Shown here in pieces: positions 20,206-30,282 of a stretch of DNA of 64,000 nt. Source of the stretch: a virus; the IMG/VR virus record IMGVR_UViG_3300006899_000005, one strand, 5' to 3'. A program made the position numbers and the translations under genes. The notes below the pieces were generated by a model. It saw only the letters and a program-made list of their open reading frames with translations. It did no database searches and was not told where the DNA came from. The first letter of the stretch is position 1, and every line of letters begins with the position of its first letter.

Positions 20206-20807
20206 GCCCTCCTCATGCAGGTCGTGTGCGGCCTCGCGTTGATGTCATTTGGAGACCAGTCGCCAAAGATGAACACGCCGTCGCAGCTCGACCTTGGGCA
20301 GCGGCACCTCTCTTCGCAGTACACCTTGCCTGCGAGCGTGTAGACGCGGCCGTCCAGCTCGTCGAAGAAAGTCTCTCCTTGGCACTTGGTATCGAGGTAC
20401 CACTTCCGGTTAGAGTTTCGGACGTGGACCTGCGACATCGTGGACGGGTACCCCCTCGCGACGCACCTCGGGCAGACGAAGACGAACGTGGGGTCCAGGT
20501 TGCCGTGCTGGTCGCTGGCCATGGTCACGTCGAGCTGCATGTACACGACCTCGTCTCCTACGCCGGTCTTGTAGCCGACAAAGGAGACAGCGCTCGTGCC
20601 AGGCTGGCCGAGGTCTGCGACCTTCTCAGCGGCGAACCCAGCGCCGCCCTGCTCGTCGGGGGATAGCTGACCCTTCATCGCGATGCTCCGCTCGGCGTCG
20701 CGCGTGGCCAGCCTCTCCTTCGTGTCGGCGACGAACGCCTTGATGTAAGTATCCTCGGAGGAGGAAAGCGTTCCTCCCTTGACGACGGTGACGGGGGCTC
20801 TGGACAT
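20202..20807 (-). CDS. Cys-rich hypothetical protein
   Basis: CPRC...CEERCRCP; start inside palindrome. Confidence 0.6.
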   Translation of the reverse strand: MSRAPVTVVKGGTLSSSEDTYIKAFVADTKERLATRDAERSIAMKGQLSPDEQGGAGFAAEKVADLGQPGTSAVSFVGYKTGVGDEVVYMQLDVTMASDQHGNLDPTFVFVCPRCVARGYPSTMSQVHVRNSNRKWYLDTKCQGETFFDELDGRVYTLAGKVYCEERCRCPRSSCDGVFIFGDWSPNDINARPHTTCMRRA

Positions 20808-21001
20808 GATGTCCCCTCTGCCACCTTGTGAACCTCAGGTCAAGGATTGGCTTCTTTGTCCCTGTGGTAAGCCTTTCCCTCGGCTTCGAGCATCTTGAGG
20901 AAGTTTTGATACCTCTTCATGGCCTCGGGAGAAGATTCCTTGAGCTTGTCGAGGCGGCGCCTCTCTTCGTGCATCCATGACAACGTGGTCTTTTGCATTT
21001 T

Positions 21002-21871
21002 CTACCTCCTAGCAACAAATCGATCGAGCAAAACACCAACGGAATCCTCGAACTTCTGCCTCGTCCTGAACTTGGCCACGTAGTCGAGACAGGCTTCGGA
21101 CAGATACCTGGCAAACTTCTCGTCCGATGCACAGGCGTTTGCCAAGGCGACGAGATGTTCGTCGCTGTCGGCGAACCCTGGGTACTTGGGGAAGTCCACA
21201 GCCATGTCTCCCCACCTCCTGGCGATGATGGGGCATCCCATGGCCATGGCCTCGTGCTCGGACAGGCCGAAGCCTCCTTCTAGCCCGACCATGCTCACGT
21301 AGCAGGAGGCCGACTTCATCACGGCCGTCTTTCCTTCCGTAAGAAAGCCGTGCGGCTGACCCTCTCCGTAGAGCTTCATGCCGACGATGGTGGACATGGC
21401 AAGATTCATCCTGTCCTGCGTCGTTGGCTTGCGGTGCCATGGCCTGCTCATGATGGAGAAGGGCTGGCCACTCCCCCATGACCACATGGGCTTCGGCTCG
21501 TACCACAGGGACACAAACGTCGTGCTCCTGACCCGAAAGCTTCGCTCTGCTATCTCCAGGCCCGACCTCTGGAAGCCGATGATGTCCAGGCCGCTCGGAT
21601 CTCCTCCCATGTCTCTGGGATCAGAGGAATGGATCGCATGGAGGCGAGGAACTCCAGGTGCGTTGTAGAAGGCCCAGGTGTGGTGCTCCGGGATGCAGCC
21701 GACGAACAGGTCTGGCCGACCTCCTTCCCACGTCGGGACCTTGCACAGCTCTTTCTCGGCGAACGTTTCATTCGACAGATTCTTCGTCGCTATCGCCCAC
21801 TTCGGGGTCGCCTCCAGCATGTTCAGCAGCGTCGGGCTTTGCAGGGCCCAGAGAACGAAAGTTTTCGCCAT
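21002..21871 (-). CDS. GT-B glycosyltransferase-like protein
   Basis: GGFGLSEHEAMAMGCPII. Confidence 0.75.
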   Translation of the reverse strand: MAKTFVLWALQSPTLLNMLEATPKWAIATKNLSNETFAEKELCKVPTWEGGRPDLFVGCIPEHHTWAFYNAPGVPRLHAIHSSDPRDMGGDPSGLDIIGFQRSGLEIAERSFRVRSTTFVSLWYEPKPMWSWGSGQPFSIMSRPWHRKPTTQDRMNLAMSTIVGMKLYGEGQPHGFLTEGKTAVMKSASCYVSMVGLEGGFGLSEHEAMAMGCPIIARRWGDMAVDFPKYPGFADSDEHLVALANACASDEKFARYLSEACLDYVAKFRTRQKFEDSVGVLLDRFVARR

Positions 21872-22453
21872 AGATTTCCCTTGCTCCGAGGCCAACGACG
21901 ACCTCTGTTGATACCTTGTCTTTGAGAAGCACTTTGACCCACTCCCTGGCGATCCCCATGGCGCCAGGGCACTTGGGAAGAAAGACCTCGGGCCTTCCTC
22001 CGAGCTGCTCGAACCACGACGTGGCCTGGCTCAGCATGGTCCTCGAAGAAACGTCGGTCCAGCCGACCATGTTCATCAGAAACCTTGTCCCGCCGAGCAT
22101 GAGGCTCTGGGGGCTCTCGCCGGGGTCAGAGGCGTCGCCGAAGCCGATGGTTAGAGAAGGCTGGCCGTCTTCGCCTCTCGCTACCACGTACCCGTTGGCA
22201 TAGAAGTAGATGCCGAAGGGCTCGAACAGGAGACTGGCCTGCCTCTTGAGCGCCACGCTCCTCGCCTTCCAGTCGGCCAGAACCTGCCTCAGGCACCCCG
22301 CTTCGATGCGAGGGTGGACCTCTGCCTCCAGGACGAGGCCGCGACGGTTGTAGACGCGCAGCCGGTTGGCGAGCAGGGGGTCGACAGAGGACACGATGTC
22401 CTGTCTGTCCCAGAACGGGCAAAATGTCAACTTTGGCGTGGTATGATGACCCG

Positions 22454-23044
22454 ATGAGACGGTATCGAAGGAACGGGACGCCGATCGGCTTCCAGAAGCC
22501 CTATGTTGTTCTTCCAGGCAACCCGCCACAAGTATGGGAGGTTGACGGATGCAAGGAATGGGAAGAGGTCCCTGGGGTCGTCGCTCTGGAAGCCATGGCT
22601 GGAAAGTTCGGCTCCGATTTTGATCCATCGAAAGCCGTCACCGTCATGCCGGGCGCCGACCTCGCCCGCTCCAACCTCGCCCGCTCCAACCTCACCCGCT
22701 CCAACCTCATCCGCTCCAACCTCATCCGCGCCAACCTCAGCGGCGCCAACCTCAGGGGCGCCGTCTTCAGCTTCGCCGACCTCACCCGCGCCAACCTCAC
22801 CCGCGCCGACCTCACCAGCGCCGACCTCAGCTACGCCTACCTCAGCTACGCCGACCTCAGCTTCGCCGACCTCCGCGGCGCCGACCTCAGCTACGCCAAC
22901 CTCAGCTTCGCCGACCTCCGCGGCGCCGACCTCCGCGGCGCCGACCTCAACGGAGCCGCTCTCGGCAACGCCTATCGCAAGCCATCCGACGATCTCATAC
23001 CCGGATGGCGCGTCGTGAACAGCAAGATTGAGAGGATACTTTTA
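22454..23044 (+). CDS. pentapeptide-repeat protein (ends at TTA)
   Basis: Long A(D/N)Lxx array; N- and C-termini match paralogue 24390..25064, which stops at about the position of this TTA. Confidence 0.8.
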
Positions 23045-23590
23045 CCTCGGCCCCACATCAGCCCAGATGTCAGCCGCCCACTGCTTGAAACCGTCCGGCG
23101 TCGGGTGGATGCCGTCGTAGCGTGGGTAGTCGGCCGACTCCAGCGTCGCGTCTCCCGTGGACCTGATCGCATCCTTGATCTGCTCGGTAGGGAAGCGCAT
23201 CGGCGGAGGGAGAATCCAGATGGGCGTCACGCCGCTGGCCCGCAACGAAGAGGAGATGGCCTTGGCGTAGCCCGCCGCCTTGGCCCGGTGCTGCTCGTTC
23301 CCCACGGCATCGTTGGTGCCCAGGCTGATCAGGGCGTACCTGGAGCCTTGTGCCATGGCGGGTCCCCTCGTGACCCACTGATCGAGCCGCGTCCCCTGCT
23401 GCACATCGGCGACGAGCTTGACGCCCGAGTGGCTGGCCAGTCCGCTGAGTGGCGGTCGTAGGCCCTGGGCCAGGCTGTCGCCGAAGAGGGCTACCTTCTC
23501 CCCGGACTGGATGACGGGAGCGGCCTTCTTGGCCTGGTCGTAGAGGAGCAGGGCGGCGGCAGCGACAAGGAGGGCGGCGACGGTGTACAC
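23042..23590 (-). CDS. SGNH/GDSL hydrolase with N-terminal membrane anchor
   Basis: GDSL, LGTND, DGIHP. Confidence 0.9.
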   Translation of the reverse strand: MYTVAALLVAAAALLLYDQAKKAAPVIQSGEKVALFGDSLAQGLRPPLSGLASHSGVKLVADVQQGTRLDQWVTRGPAMAQGSRYALISLGTNDAVGNEQHRAKAAGYAKAISSSLRASGVTPIWILPPPMRFPTEQIKDAIRSTGDATLESADYPRYDGIHPTPDGFKQWAADIWADVGPR

Positions 23591-23604
23591 GAACGGATGG
23601 TACC

Positions 23605-24381
23605 ATGGCGGACATCATGTCCATCGGCTCACCAAGCTTCACCTCCTACTGCGCCGGAGCGGTGCGTTGGCGCACCCTTTCGGACGGCAAGATCGAGGTG
23701 GAGGGCATGGGCGTGCCCTACGCCCCGACGACCGGCTACCACCAGGACGGCAAGGTCATCGCCGAGGTCTGGAACAAGTGGAAGAGTGAGATCCAGGCCG
23801 CCTCTGCCGCCACGGGGGTGCCTGCCCGGTGGATCCTGGCGCTCATCATCATCGAGAGCCGCGGCAAGAACTGGGGCGTCAACTCGGCCGGTGCAGGCGG
23901 CATGATGGGAATGATGATCCAGGCCACCAGCATCGGCCTGGGAAGGCAGGCCACGGCCGCGGATGTGGCCGACCCGGCTACGAACATCCGAGCTGGCGCC
24001 GGCTTCATGAAGTACAACGCCGGCAAGTTCGGAGCTGAGCTGCCGATCATCGCCGTCGCCCACAACGCTGGCTCGCCCAAGTGCAGCCCCAACACCCGCT
24101 GCAAAAACACGATCGACGGGGCCTGGACCTTCGACGGCACGCAAGCGGTCAACTCGATGGGGATGGTCGAGGACTGCACCAACGGCAGGGGCAGCGGCTA
24201 CGCCCTTCGGGCGGTGCAGATCAACAACAGCGCGGTGGACATGGGCATCGGGGACGGGTTTGGCCTGAGCGAGGACGTGTGGATCGCCCTGGGGGCCATC
24301 GGCATAGTGGGCATCGTCTACTCTGTCTTCACCGAAGAGGTGGACGAGGTCGTGGACCACATTACGGGGCTCTTTTCGTGA
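23605..24381 (+). CDS. SLT-family lytic transglycosylase with C-terminal TM helix
   Basis: IIIESRG, AGGMMGMM, NIRAGA, AHNAG. Confidence 0.85.
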   Translation: MADIMSIGSPSFTSYCAGAVRWRTLSDGKIEVEGMGVPYAPTTGYHQDGKVIAEVWNKWKSEIQAASAATGVPARWILALIIIESRGKNWGVNSAGAGGMMGMMIQATSIGLGRQATAADVADPATNIRAGAGFMKYNAGKFGAELPIIAVAHNAGSPKCSPNTRCKNTIDGAWTFDGTQAVNSMGMVEDCTNGRGSGYALRAVQINNSAVDMGIGDGFGLSEDVWIALGAIGIVGIVYSVFTEEVDEVVDHITGLFS

Positions 24382-24389
24382 GGCGAGAG

Positions 24390-25064
24390 ATGCGAAGGTA
24401 TCGAAGGAACGGAACGCCCATCGGGGACCGCAAGGTCTACGTGGTCATGCCTGGGTTCAGAGACCCGCACGATCCTGGGCCCTGCCAGGCATGGGAGATC
24501 AAGGGTCTGGCTCACTGGGAAGAGGTGGCCGACACGATCCCTCTGGAGGCCATGACCGGGGCCTTCGGCAGGGACTTCGATCCGAGGATCGCAAAGATCA
24601 TCTGCCCCGGAGCCAACCTGAAGTCTTCGAGCCTGTACGACGGATCATTCGAGAAGGTTGATCTCAGGGATGCTGACCTCCGGAGATGCGACATTTCTGC
24701 GACTGCGTTCACGGATTCCGACTTTCGAGGAGCAAACCTGAGCAGCGCCGTCGTGGACGCCGTCAGGTTCAGTTCTTGCGACCTGCGAGGATGCCGATTC
24801 TACGGGAAGATCAGGGCTTGCTCCTTCTTTGGCTGCGACCTGAGGAACGTCGACATGAGCGAGTGCGAAATCTACGCTGCCTCTTTCTATCACTGCGACC
24901 TGCGCGGGACTCGGATGTCCGAAAACGTTGTCAACGTTGACTTCGGAGAATCAGAGAGGCTGCCAAGCGATCCGCCCATCGCGAGCGTCCGAGAGACGGG
25001 AGCTGGCCGAACTTTGAAGCGGTGGCACGTTGTGGACGGGCGGATGAGAGAGACTCTTCGCTGA
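24390..25064 (+). CDS. pentapeptide-repeat protein
   Basis: ANLKS/VDLRD/ADLRR/CDLRG repeats; MRRYRRNG N-terminus. Confidence 0.85.
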   Translation: MRRYRRNGTPIGDRKVYVVMPGFRDPHDPGPCQAWEIKGLAHWEEVADTIPLEAMTGAFGRDFDPRIAKIICPGANLKSSSLYDGSFEKVDLRDADLRRCDISATAFTDSDFRGANLSSAVVDAVRFSSCDLRGCRFYGKIRACSFFGCDLRNVDMSECEIYAASFYHCDLRGTRMSENVVNVDFGESERLPSDPPIASVRETGAGRTLKRWHVVDGRMRETLR

Positions 25065-25083
25065 ACCTTCGCAAACAATCTTC

Positions 25084-25111
25084 TTGACACGCAGAAATCC
25101 GCATGTATAAC
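25084..25111 (+). promoter_or_regulatory. sigma70-like promoter
   Basis: TTGACA-N16-TATAAC upstream of 25137. Confidence 0.55.
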
Positions 25112-25445
25112 AGTCGACTTTAGCTTACGTGACATCATGTCCACACCCGGCAAGAACCCCGCCGCCTACCAGAACCTGAAGCGCGTCGCCCTGGTGCTGA
25201 AGAAGAAGCGATGCTGGATGGGACAGAGACAGTACAACTGCTCCGTCACCCACGTCATCGACATCGACCCGATGGCGTACAAGGAAGGCGCTCACGAGGC
25301 GCTCATCGAGCTGGAGATGATGTCGGGCAGCCTGGGGATGAAGGGCCAGGACTTCCACGAGATCGTCGTGCTGGGCGACAACGCGAGGATACACAACACT
25401 CTCTTCGAAAACGTCGACATGTCCAGGTCCAACCTGCGAGGTGTA

Positions 25446-25704
25446 GAACCACACGGAACCCACCGCTGGCCCCCTTCCCCATGTCGGAAGAGGCCACGCG
25501 CACCTTGAGGACGACGTGGGGGGCCGTGCGCTGCATCACCACCACGCGCTGCCCGCTGGGGATGGGCACGGGTGGCGGCCCCACCAGCTCGGCCCAGGTG
25601 GTTGCGAGGTCGGCCTGGATGCTGGGGAACTTGCGAGCGAGGCGGTGGATCTTCTTCTCCAAGGCCCCACCGGGGCGAGGGGTCAGGATGGCGGAGAATG
25701 GCAC
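25446..25704 (-). pseudogene. 3'-truncated RelE/HigB-type toxin inside the insertion
   Basis: 'KVRVASSDMGKGASGGFRVV' RelE-family motif cut at the junction. Confidence 0.7.
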
Positions 25705-26066
25705 GTTTCGGCCTCGATCACTTCACGCAGGACATCGCCCCCCTCCACGGCCCAGATCAGGGTGTCGACCAGCTCATCGGCGCGGTCGTGCAGTTCTTCG
25801 ACTTCTGCAAGAAGCGAGGCGGGCCACGGCTCGGGGTGGTGAGCTACCAGCTCGCGCAGGGCTCCGAGCAGCTCTCGCGCTCCGCGCACGGCAGCCAGCG
25901 CGGCCTGGTCGCGGATCGGGTCGGGTTCGGGAGCGAGCGTCTCGTTCTGGTCGAGCGTTAGGCGGGCCAGCGCCACCAGATCCTGCACGCGCACGGCGTA
26001 GTGCTGGGCGGAGAGGGAGGGTGGAGGCTCCCTGGGCGTGAGGACGAAAGCCAGCGCGGACGACAT
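25683..26066 (-). CDS. putative antitoxin upstream of the RelE-like toxin (inside insertion)
   Basis: Helical acidic ORF overlapping the toxin start; position only. Confidence 0.5.
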   Translation of the reverse strand: MSSALAFVLTPREPPPSLSAQHYAVRVQDLVALARLTLDQNETLAPEPDPIRDQAALAAVRGARELLGALRELVAHHPEPWPASLLAEVEELHDRADELVDTLIWAVEGGDVLREVIEAETCHSPPS

Positions 26067-26616
26067 GGTCGGCCTCAGCCTAGCAGGGGAATGGGGCCCA
26101 CACAGGACGGACCAGCCAGCGCGGCACCAGCGAGGGAGAACGGGGCCGACGGTCCAGAGGGTGGGTAGGGGTTTGAAAAATGCGGCTTTGAACGATGCTT
26201 TCTTCAGGGCTCGCTCCTCGCACAGTCTCGTTTCGACGACTGCGAGTTCAACGCCGTGAACGCCATCGGCTGCGACATGAAAGACGTCGATTTTGTCTAC
26301 TGCCAATCGACCACGTTCAGAATGGACGACTCTCGGCTTGAGGAAGCAACCGTCATCGCCTCCGAGTTCTCCAGGACCAGCTTCGCCGGTTGCAACCTCG
26401 ACAAGGCTCTCTTCCGAGACTCTACCATCTGGGACAGCTCGTTCGACGGTGCTACCGGGAGAACCGAAGAAATCAAGGCGTTCCACGAACGCATCCAGGT
26501 CGACAAGCAAACGTCCGAATCGATCATGGGGATGTACCACCCCATTGCGCATCGGATTGCCTGACAAGAAACTTTTTTCTTGACAGGCTTTTTGCCTTGT
26601 ATTACACCTGTTTCTT

Positions 26617-26958
26617 ATGAATGAACAACTCAAGTTCGCTCAGCTCTGGCGCGAACACAACCTCACGGGGCAGGAGGCGGAAGAATTCGTCGCCTCCGAG
26701 CCCTTCAAGTTGGCCTTCCAGTTGTACCTGGACAAGAGGGCCGAACGCTTCCAGAACGGCAAGTCCGGCGTCACGCAGGTGATTCGCGGCGTCGAATTCT
26801 GCAACCGCCCCTACACGGACGAAAAAGGCAAGTACGTCGCCTACAAGTGCCCCTGCTGCGGCGTCCCTGCCAAGATCCGCCAGGCGAAGGTGCGCGAGGT
26901 CAAGAAGTCCGAAGATCCGAAGCAAGAGAACCTGCCCAACGTCGAGGTGCCCACATGA
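26617..26958 (+). CDS. hypothetical Zn-ribbon protein
   Basis: FC...CPCCG; TTGACA at 26580 upstream. Confidence 0.65.
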   Translation: MNEQLKFAQLWREHNLTGQEAEEFVASEPFKLAFQLYLDKRAERFQNGKSGVTQVIRGVEFCNRPYTDEKGKYVAYKCPCCGVPAKIRQAKVREVKKSEDPKQENLPNVEVPT

Positions 26959-27908
26959 GCAAGCGCAAAGCCTCAGGCGAAGCCGTCTCGCAGCCCAAGC
27001 AAGAGACCAAGACCGAGGCGCCCAAGACGCCGGCCCTGCCACAGCAGCTATTCCGCACCGAGACCGTCATGGTCAACGGCCCGCTCGCCAAGGAGTGGCT
27101 CAAGAGGAATTTCGAGCGGAACCGTACCCTGAACCAGGCGGCCATCGATCGATACGTCGCCACCATGCTGTCCGGCAAGTGGGACTACAACGCCCAGCCG
27201 ATCATCTTCAGGGGCGAAGAGCTGGTCGACGGACAGCACAGGCTCACGGCGCTGGTCCTTGCCAGCGACAAGGACCCCGGCATCGCGTTCCCCATGCTCA
27301 TCGCCTACGGGCCGGACTCGATGTCCACGAGGGGAATCGACCGTGGTACGTCCAGGAGCCACGGTCACGTTCTGGAGCTGGAGGGCCTGGTCGTAAGGGG
27401 CATGGGCAACAAGTTCTCAACGCACGCCAGGTCCCTGCTCGCCCTGTGTCTCAATCAGCCAGCCCCGGACAGCTTTGAGGCGGTCGCCGAGGACATCATG
27501 AAGAAGAGCGGCAAGGACATCATGTCCGCTCACGACAGCGTCTCGTCCAAGCACGCCGTTGGTCCCAACGTGGCAGCCATCGCCTACGCCCTCCCCGTAA
27601 GCAGGTCCAGGATCAGCGAGATGATCCTTCTGGTCAAAAACAACGACGGGCTCAAGAGGGACACGGGGGCGTGGCACCTGCGACGGATCCTGGACGGAGG
27701 CCACAAGGCGTGCAACTCGTCCCAGAGGGACGGCAGGCTCTATCGTTCGCTCATGATCCTCAAGTGCATCCAGATGGAGATGGAAGGCAAAGAGGTCGGA
27801 GAGCTGAAGGTGGTCACATCCTTCGACGGCAAGGACATCGACCCCGCTCCACTCACATTCTTCCGCAAGGAACGCGAGAAGTGCGGCGTCGGGGAGCTGG
27901 TGTTCTGA
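26955..27908 (+). CDS. ParB/Srx-fold DGQHR-domain protein
   Basis: NR.L....IDRY...M..G.W, LVDGQHRL. Confidence 0.75.
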   Translation: MSKRKASGEAVSQPKQETKTEAPKTPALPQQLFRTETVMVNGPLAKEWLKRNFERNRTLNQAAIDRYVATMLSGKWDYNAQPIIFRGEELVDGQHRLTALVLASDKDPGIAFPMLIAYGPDSMSTRGIDRGTSRSHGHVLELEGLVVRGMGNKFSTHARSLLALCLNQPAPDSFEAVAEDIMKKSGKDIMSAHDSVSSKHAVGPNVAAIAYALPVSRSRISEMILLVKNNDGLKRDTGAWHLRRILDGGHKACNSSQRDGRLYRSLMILKCIQMEMEGKEVGELKVVTSFDGKDIDPAPLTFFRKEREKCGVGELVF

Positions 27909-28090
27909 TGAACATCCCCGACAACAAGACCCTCGCGATCAAGGAAGGCGACGTGCTCCAGGGAGATGACGGCAGGACCTACCGCGTCTGCGAGAGCTAC
28001 CCCAACTGCATCCACATGATCGGCTCCGACGAGGTCGAGCGGGTCATAACGTCAGCGCGCTTCAAAGATTTCAAGAAGGTGAACAAGTGA
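27908..28090 (+). CDS. small hypothetical protein
   Basis: TGATG coupling, MNIPDNK start. Confidence 0.55.
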   Translation: MNIPDNKTLAIKEGDVLQGDDGRTYRVCESYPNCIHMIGSDEVERVITSARFKDFKKVNK

Positions 28091-28311
28091 TCTACTACAA
28101 CTGCGACTGCTGCGGCAGGACCCTCTCTGACAAGCTCCCCTTCTACACCAAAGAGGTGAGCGGAACGTTCGCCACCGGAACCGGCAAGGAGCGCAAGGCG
28201 GTGCAGAGGCCCGACCAGGAGAAGGCGTTCTGCACGAAGAGCTGCGTCTCCAAGTACAGCCTGCTGGAGGCGCCCGTCACGGGCGCCGGCCTCCGCGCCG
28301 TCGACAACTGA
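28087..28311 (+). CDS. small Zn-binding protein
   Basis: CDCCG...FCTKSC. Confidence 0.6.
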   Translation: MIYYNCDCCGRTLSDKLPFYTKEVSGTFATGTGKERKAVQRPDQEKAFCTKSCVSKYSLLEAPVTGAGLRAVDN

Positions 28312-28484
28312 CAAGACAACGGCCGCCGGTCAGCGGTCGAAGCCCGTGGACGGGACTCCGAAGGAGCCGGATGAAGCGGGAATCAAAGCAGCACAAGCAC
28401 GTGCTTCTCCATAGTCACGGCGTGCAAGTCACTTTTACCCCGACATCGCTTGCTAGACGCCAGACACAGCATGATGGGGCCCCG

Positions 28485-29225
28485 TTACCCCCACAACGCC
28501 CAGCCGATGGCGATCAAAGAACCAACGATCGCCAGCGGCACCAGAAGACTCGGGCGTTGCATCCAGGGCACCAAGTAGCTCTGTAGGATGGGGACGCCCA
28601 GCTCGTTGATGTGCTGGTCGTGTCGGTACTGCCGATAGTCGAGGACGATCACGCCGCCGTTCTTCAGCGCCTTCTCGGGCGCTGGAAGCGTATCCGGTGG
28701 CGAGAACGAGTAGAGGGGCCCCGCGCCCTTCACCGACTCCATGACGCAGTCGTAGGCGGACGAGAAGTCGACGCCTCCAGGACCGAGCGTTGCCCCGCTG
28801 CCTGGCCCGCCACCAGGGCCGATGGTCAAAACGAACAGGGCGCCCCCGCTGGCGGCCTTCCTGGCGAACTTCGCGTAGCCTCGCTTCCCCGGCGAGCTGA
28901 TGGCGCTGAAGCACGAGTCCAGGGAGATCATGGCGTCGACAAGGTCTGTGTCGGCGTCCAGGATCGAGTTGGCCAGCCCGTGGAAGGCGGAGAACCCGGC
29001 CAGGACGACCTTGTCGTAGTCGTCCAGGTTGCGACCCTTGGAGGCGACGAGGTTGCGCAAGATCCTGCCGTCGCTACCACGGTAGGACTCTGCTAGCTGG
29101 CCGAAGTAGGACGACCCGTTCCCGGTGACAGGCAAGATGTCGACCTGATCCTCCTCGGGCCAGTGGACTTTCTTCGGCGTATCGGCAAAGACGGGGCCGC
29201 CCCAGAGGAGAAGAACGCGGGACAT
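28485..29225 (-). CDS. alpha/beta-hydrolase-like protein with C-terminal TM
   Basis: VVLAGFSA elbow-like motif, ISLDS, late His, hydrophobic tail. Confidence 0.6.
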   Translation of the reverse strand: MSRVLLLWGGPVFADTPKKVHWPEEDQVDILPVTGNGSSYFGQLAESYRGSDGRILRNLVASKGRNLDDYDKVVLAGFSAFHGLANSILDADTDLVDAMISLDSCFSAISSPGKRGYAKFARKAASGGALFVLTIGPGGGPGSGATLGPGGVDFSSAYDCVMESVKGAGPLYSFSPPDTLPAPEKALKNGGVIVLDYRQYRHDQHINELGVPILQSYLVPWMQRPSLLVPLAIVGSLIAIGWALWG

Positions 29226-29232
29226 GATGTCC

Positions 29233-30273
29233 CTAGCTTACCAGCCCCTCCTCCATCAGAGCCTGAACGATGTAGGCGAGCATCTTCGCCTGAGACCGCT
29301 CGTCCATCCAGGCGATCCACCTTCCCCTGGCCGTACCCCGGCTCCTCCTTCGGATGACATCCCAGACCATGCTCGACGGGAGCGGCCTGGCGTGCTCTGG
29401 CCTCCATCTTGTCATGATCCACTTCCTCATGTCGCTCAGGATGGCCGTCGACTCCGCTCGGATTTCTTGCGGGTCTCCCGTGTACCCGGCGTAGGCCATG
29501 CTGATCGCCTCCGCCGCCATCCTTGCCGAAGCCTCGTCGCCTTCGTCGATGAACTGCTCTTCGGCCATCTCCGCCTGCTCGATGGATTCGAAGCCAAGGC
29601 GCTGGATTCGCTGGACTGGTCCACCACCGTATCTCTGAAGCACCCTCCCAGGGTCGACAATGTGGCCAAGCTCGTGGATGATGACCTGCTTGGCTTCGCT
29701 CCACCTCTGGTGGACCTCAAGGAGCGTCATGTCCTTCGGGATGATGAGCCTCAGCACGTCGGTGCCGTCTTCGTACCTGCCGGCAACGCCGCCGAAGCTA
29801 CTGGCTTCTCCAACGGAGATCGTGACAGAGACCTTGATCTTTTTGCCCGCAAAGTCGTAAGAGGCAAAGGATCGATCTTCGGCCCTCGGCATCCTGCGCA
29901 TCGGGCACGACATGACCATGCGTAGGACGGCCCTGTCGATGTCTTCGCAAGCCTCGGCGCTTCTCCTTCGGTCGTACCTCTCCCTGGCGAAATCTTTTGC
30001 CACGTCCGACACGAAAGCAGGGTTCGTCTTGGAGCCGAACGACACGTCGAACCAGGAGCCGTGAGGCTCAGCGGTGACCTTGTTGGACTTGCCGTCGATC
30101 CTCAGCCGGACCATGGAATCTCCACGGTCGACCTTCTTCAGCGAAGGCATCGTGTCTTCGAAAGGGAACAGATAGGCTTTTGACCTGGACTCTTCCAGCT
30201 CTTCCTTGATCGAACGGCACGCCTTCTCGATGAGTTCGGGAGATGGTCGGATGAGGGTGGCGTTGTGCTTCAC
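29233..30273 (-). CDS. zincin-like (HExxH) protein
   Basis: IIHELGH ... Y...PQEIRA. Confidence 0.65.
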   Translation of the reverse strand: MKHNATLIRPSPELIEKACRSIKEELEESRSKAYLFPFEDTMPSLKKVDRGDSMVRLRIDGKSNKVTAEPHGSWFDVSFGSKTNPAFVSDVAKDFARERYDRRRSAEACEDIDRAVLRMVMSCPMRRMPRAEDRSFASYDFAGKKIKVSVTISVGEASSFGGVAGRYEDGTDVLRLIIPKDMTLLEVHQRWSEAKQVIIHELGHIVDPGRVLQRYGGGPVQRIQRLGFESIEQAEMAEEQFIDEGDEASARMAAEAISMAYAGYTGDPQEIRAESTAILSDMRKWIMTRWRPEHARPLPSSMVWDVIRRRSRGTARGRWIAWMDERSQAKMLAYIVQALMEEGLVS

Positions 30274-30282
30274 GGCGACATT

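Larger units (their letters stand above)
25137..26564 (+). pseudogene. pentapeptide-repeat gene split by a ~723-bp insertion
   Basis: 5' part ends VDMSR-SNLRG-V at 25445; repeat register resumes GFEK-CGFER-CFLQG at 26169 and runs to the stop at 26564. Confidence 0.75.

Noticed and set aside
21768..22400. Minus-strand ORF with a ~100-nt overlap into the glycosyltransferase as another TTA case
   Set aside because: No in-frame TTA is present; long overlaps can occur here without it, and the start of this ORF is uncertain.
22503..23018. APTS-repeat protein in an alternative frame
   Set aside because: Frame-shifted reading of the pentapeptide-repeat DNA.
28312..28480. Possible riboswitch or ncRNA in GC-rich intergenic hairpins (also 41060-41160)
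   Set aside because: Only short hairpins with no family consensus that I can support.
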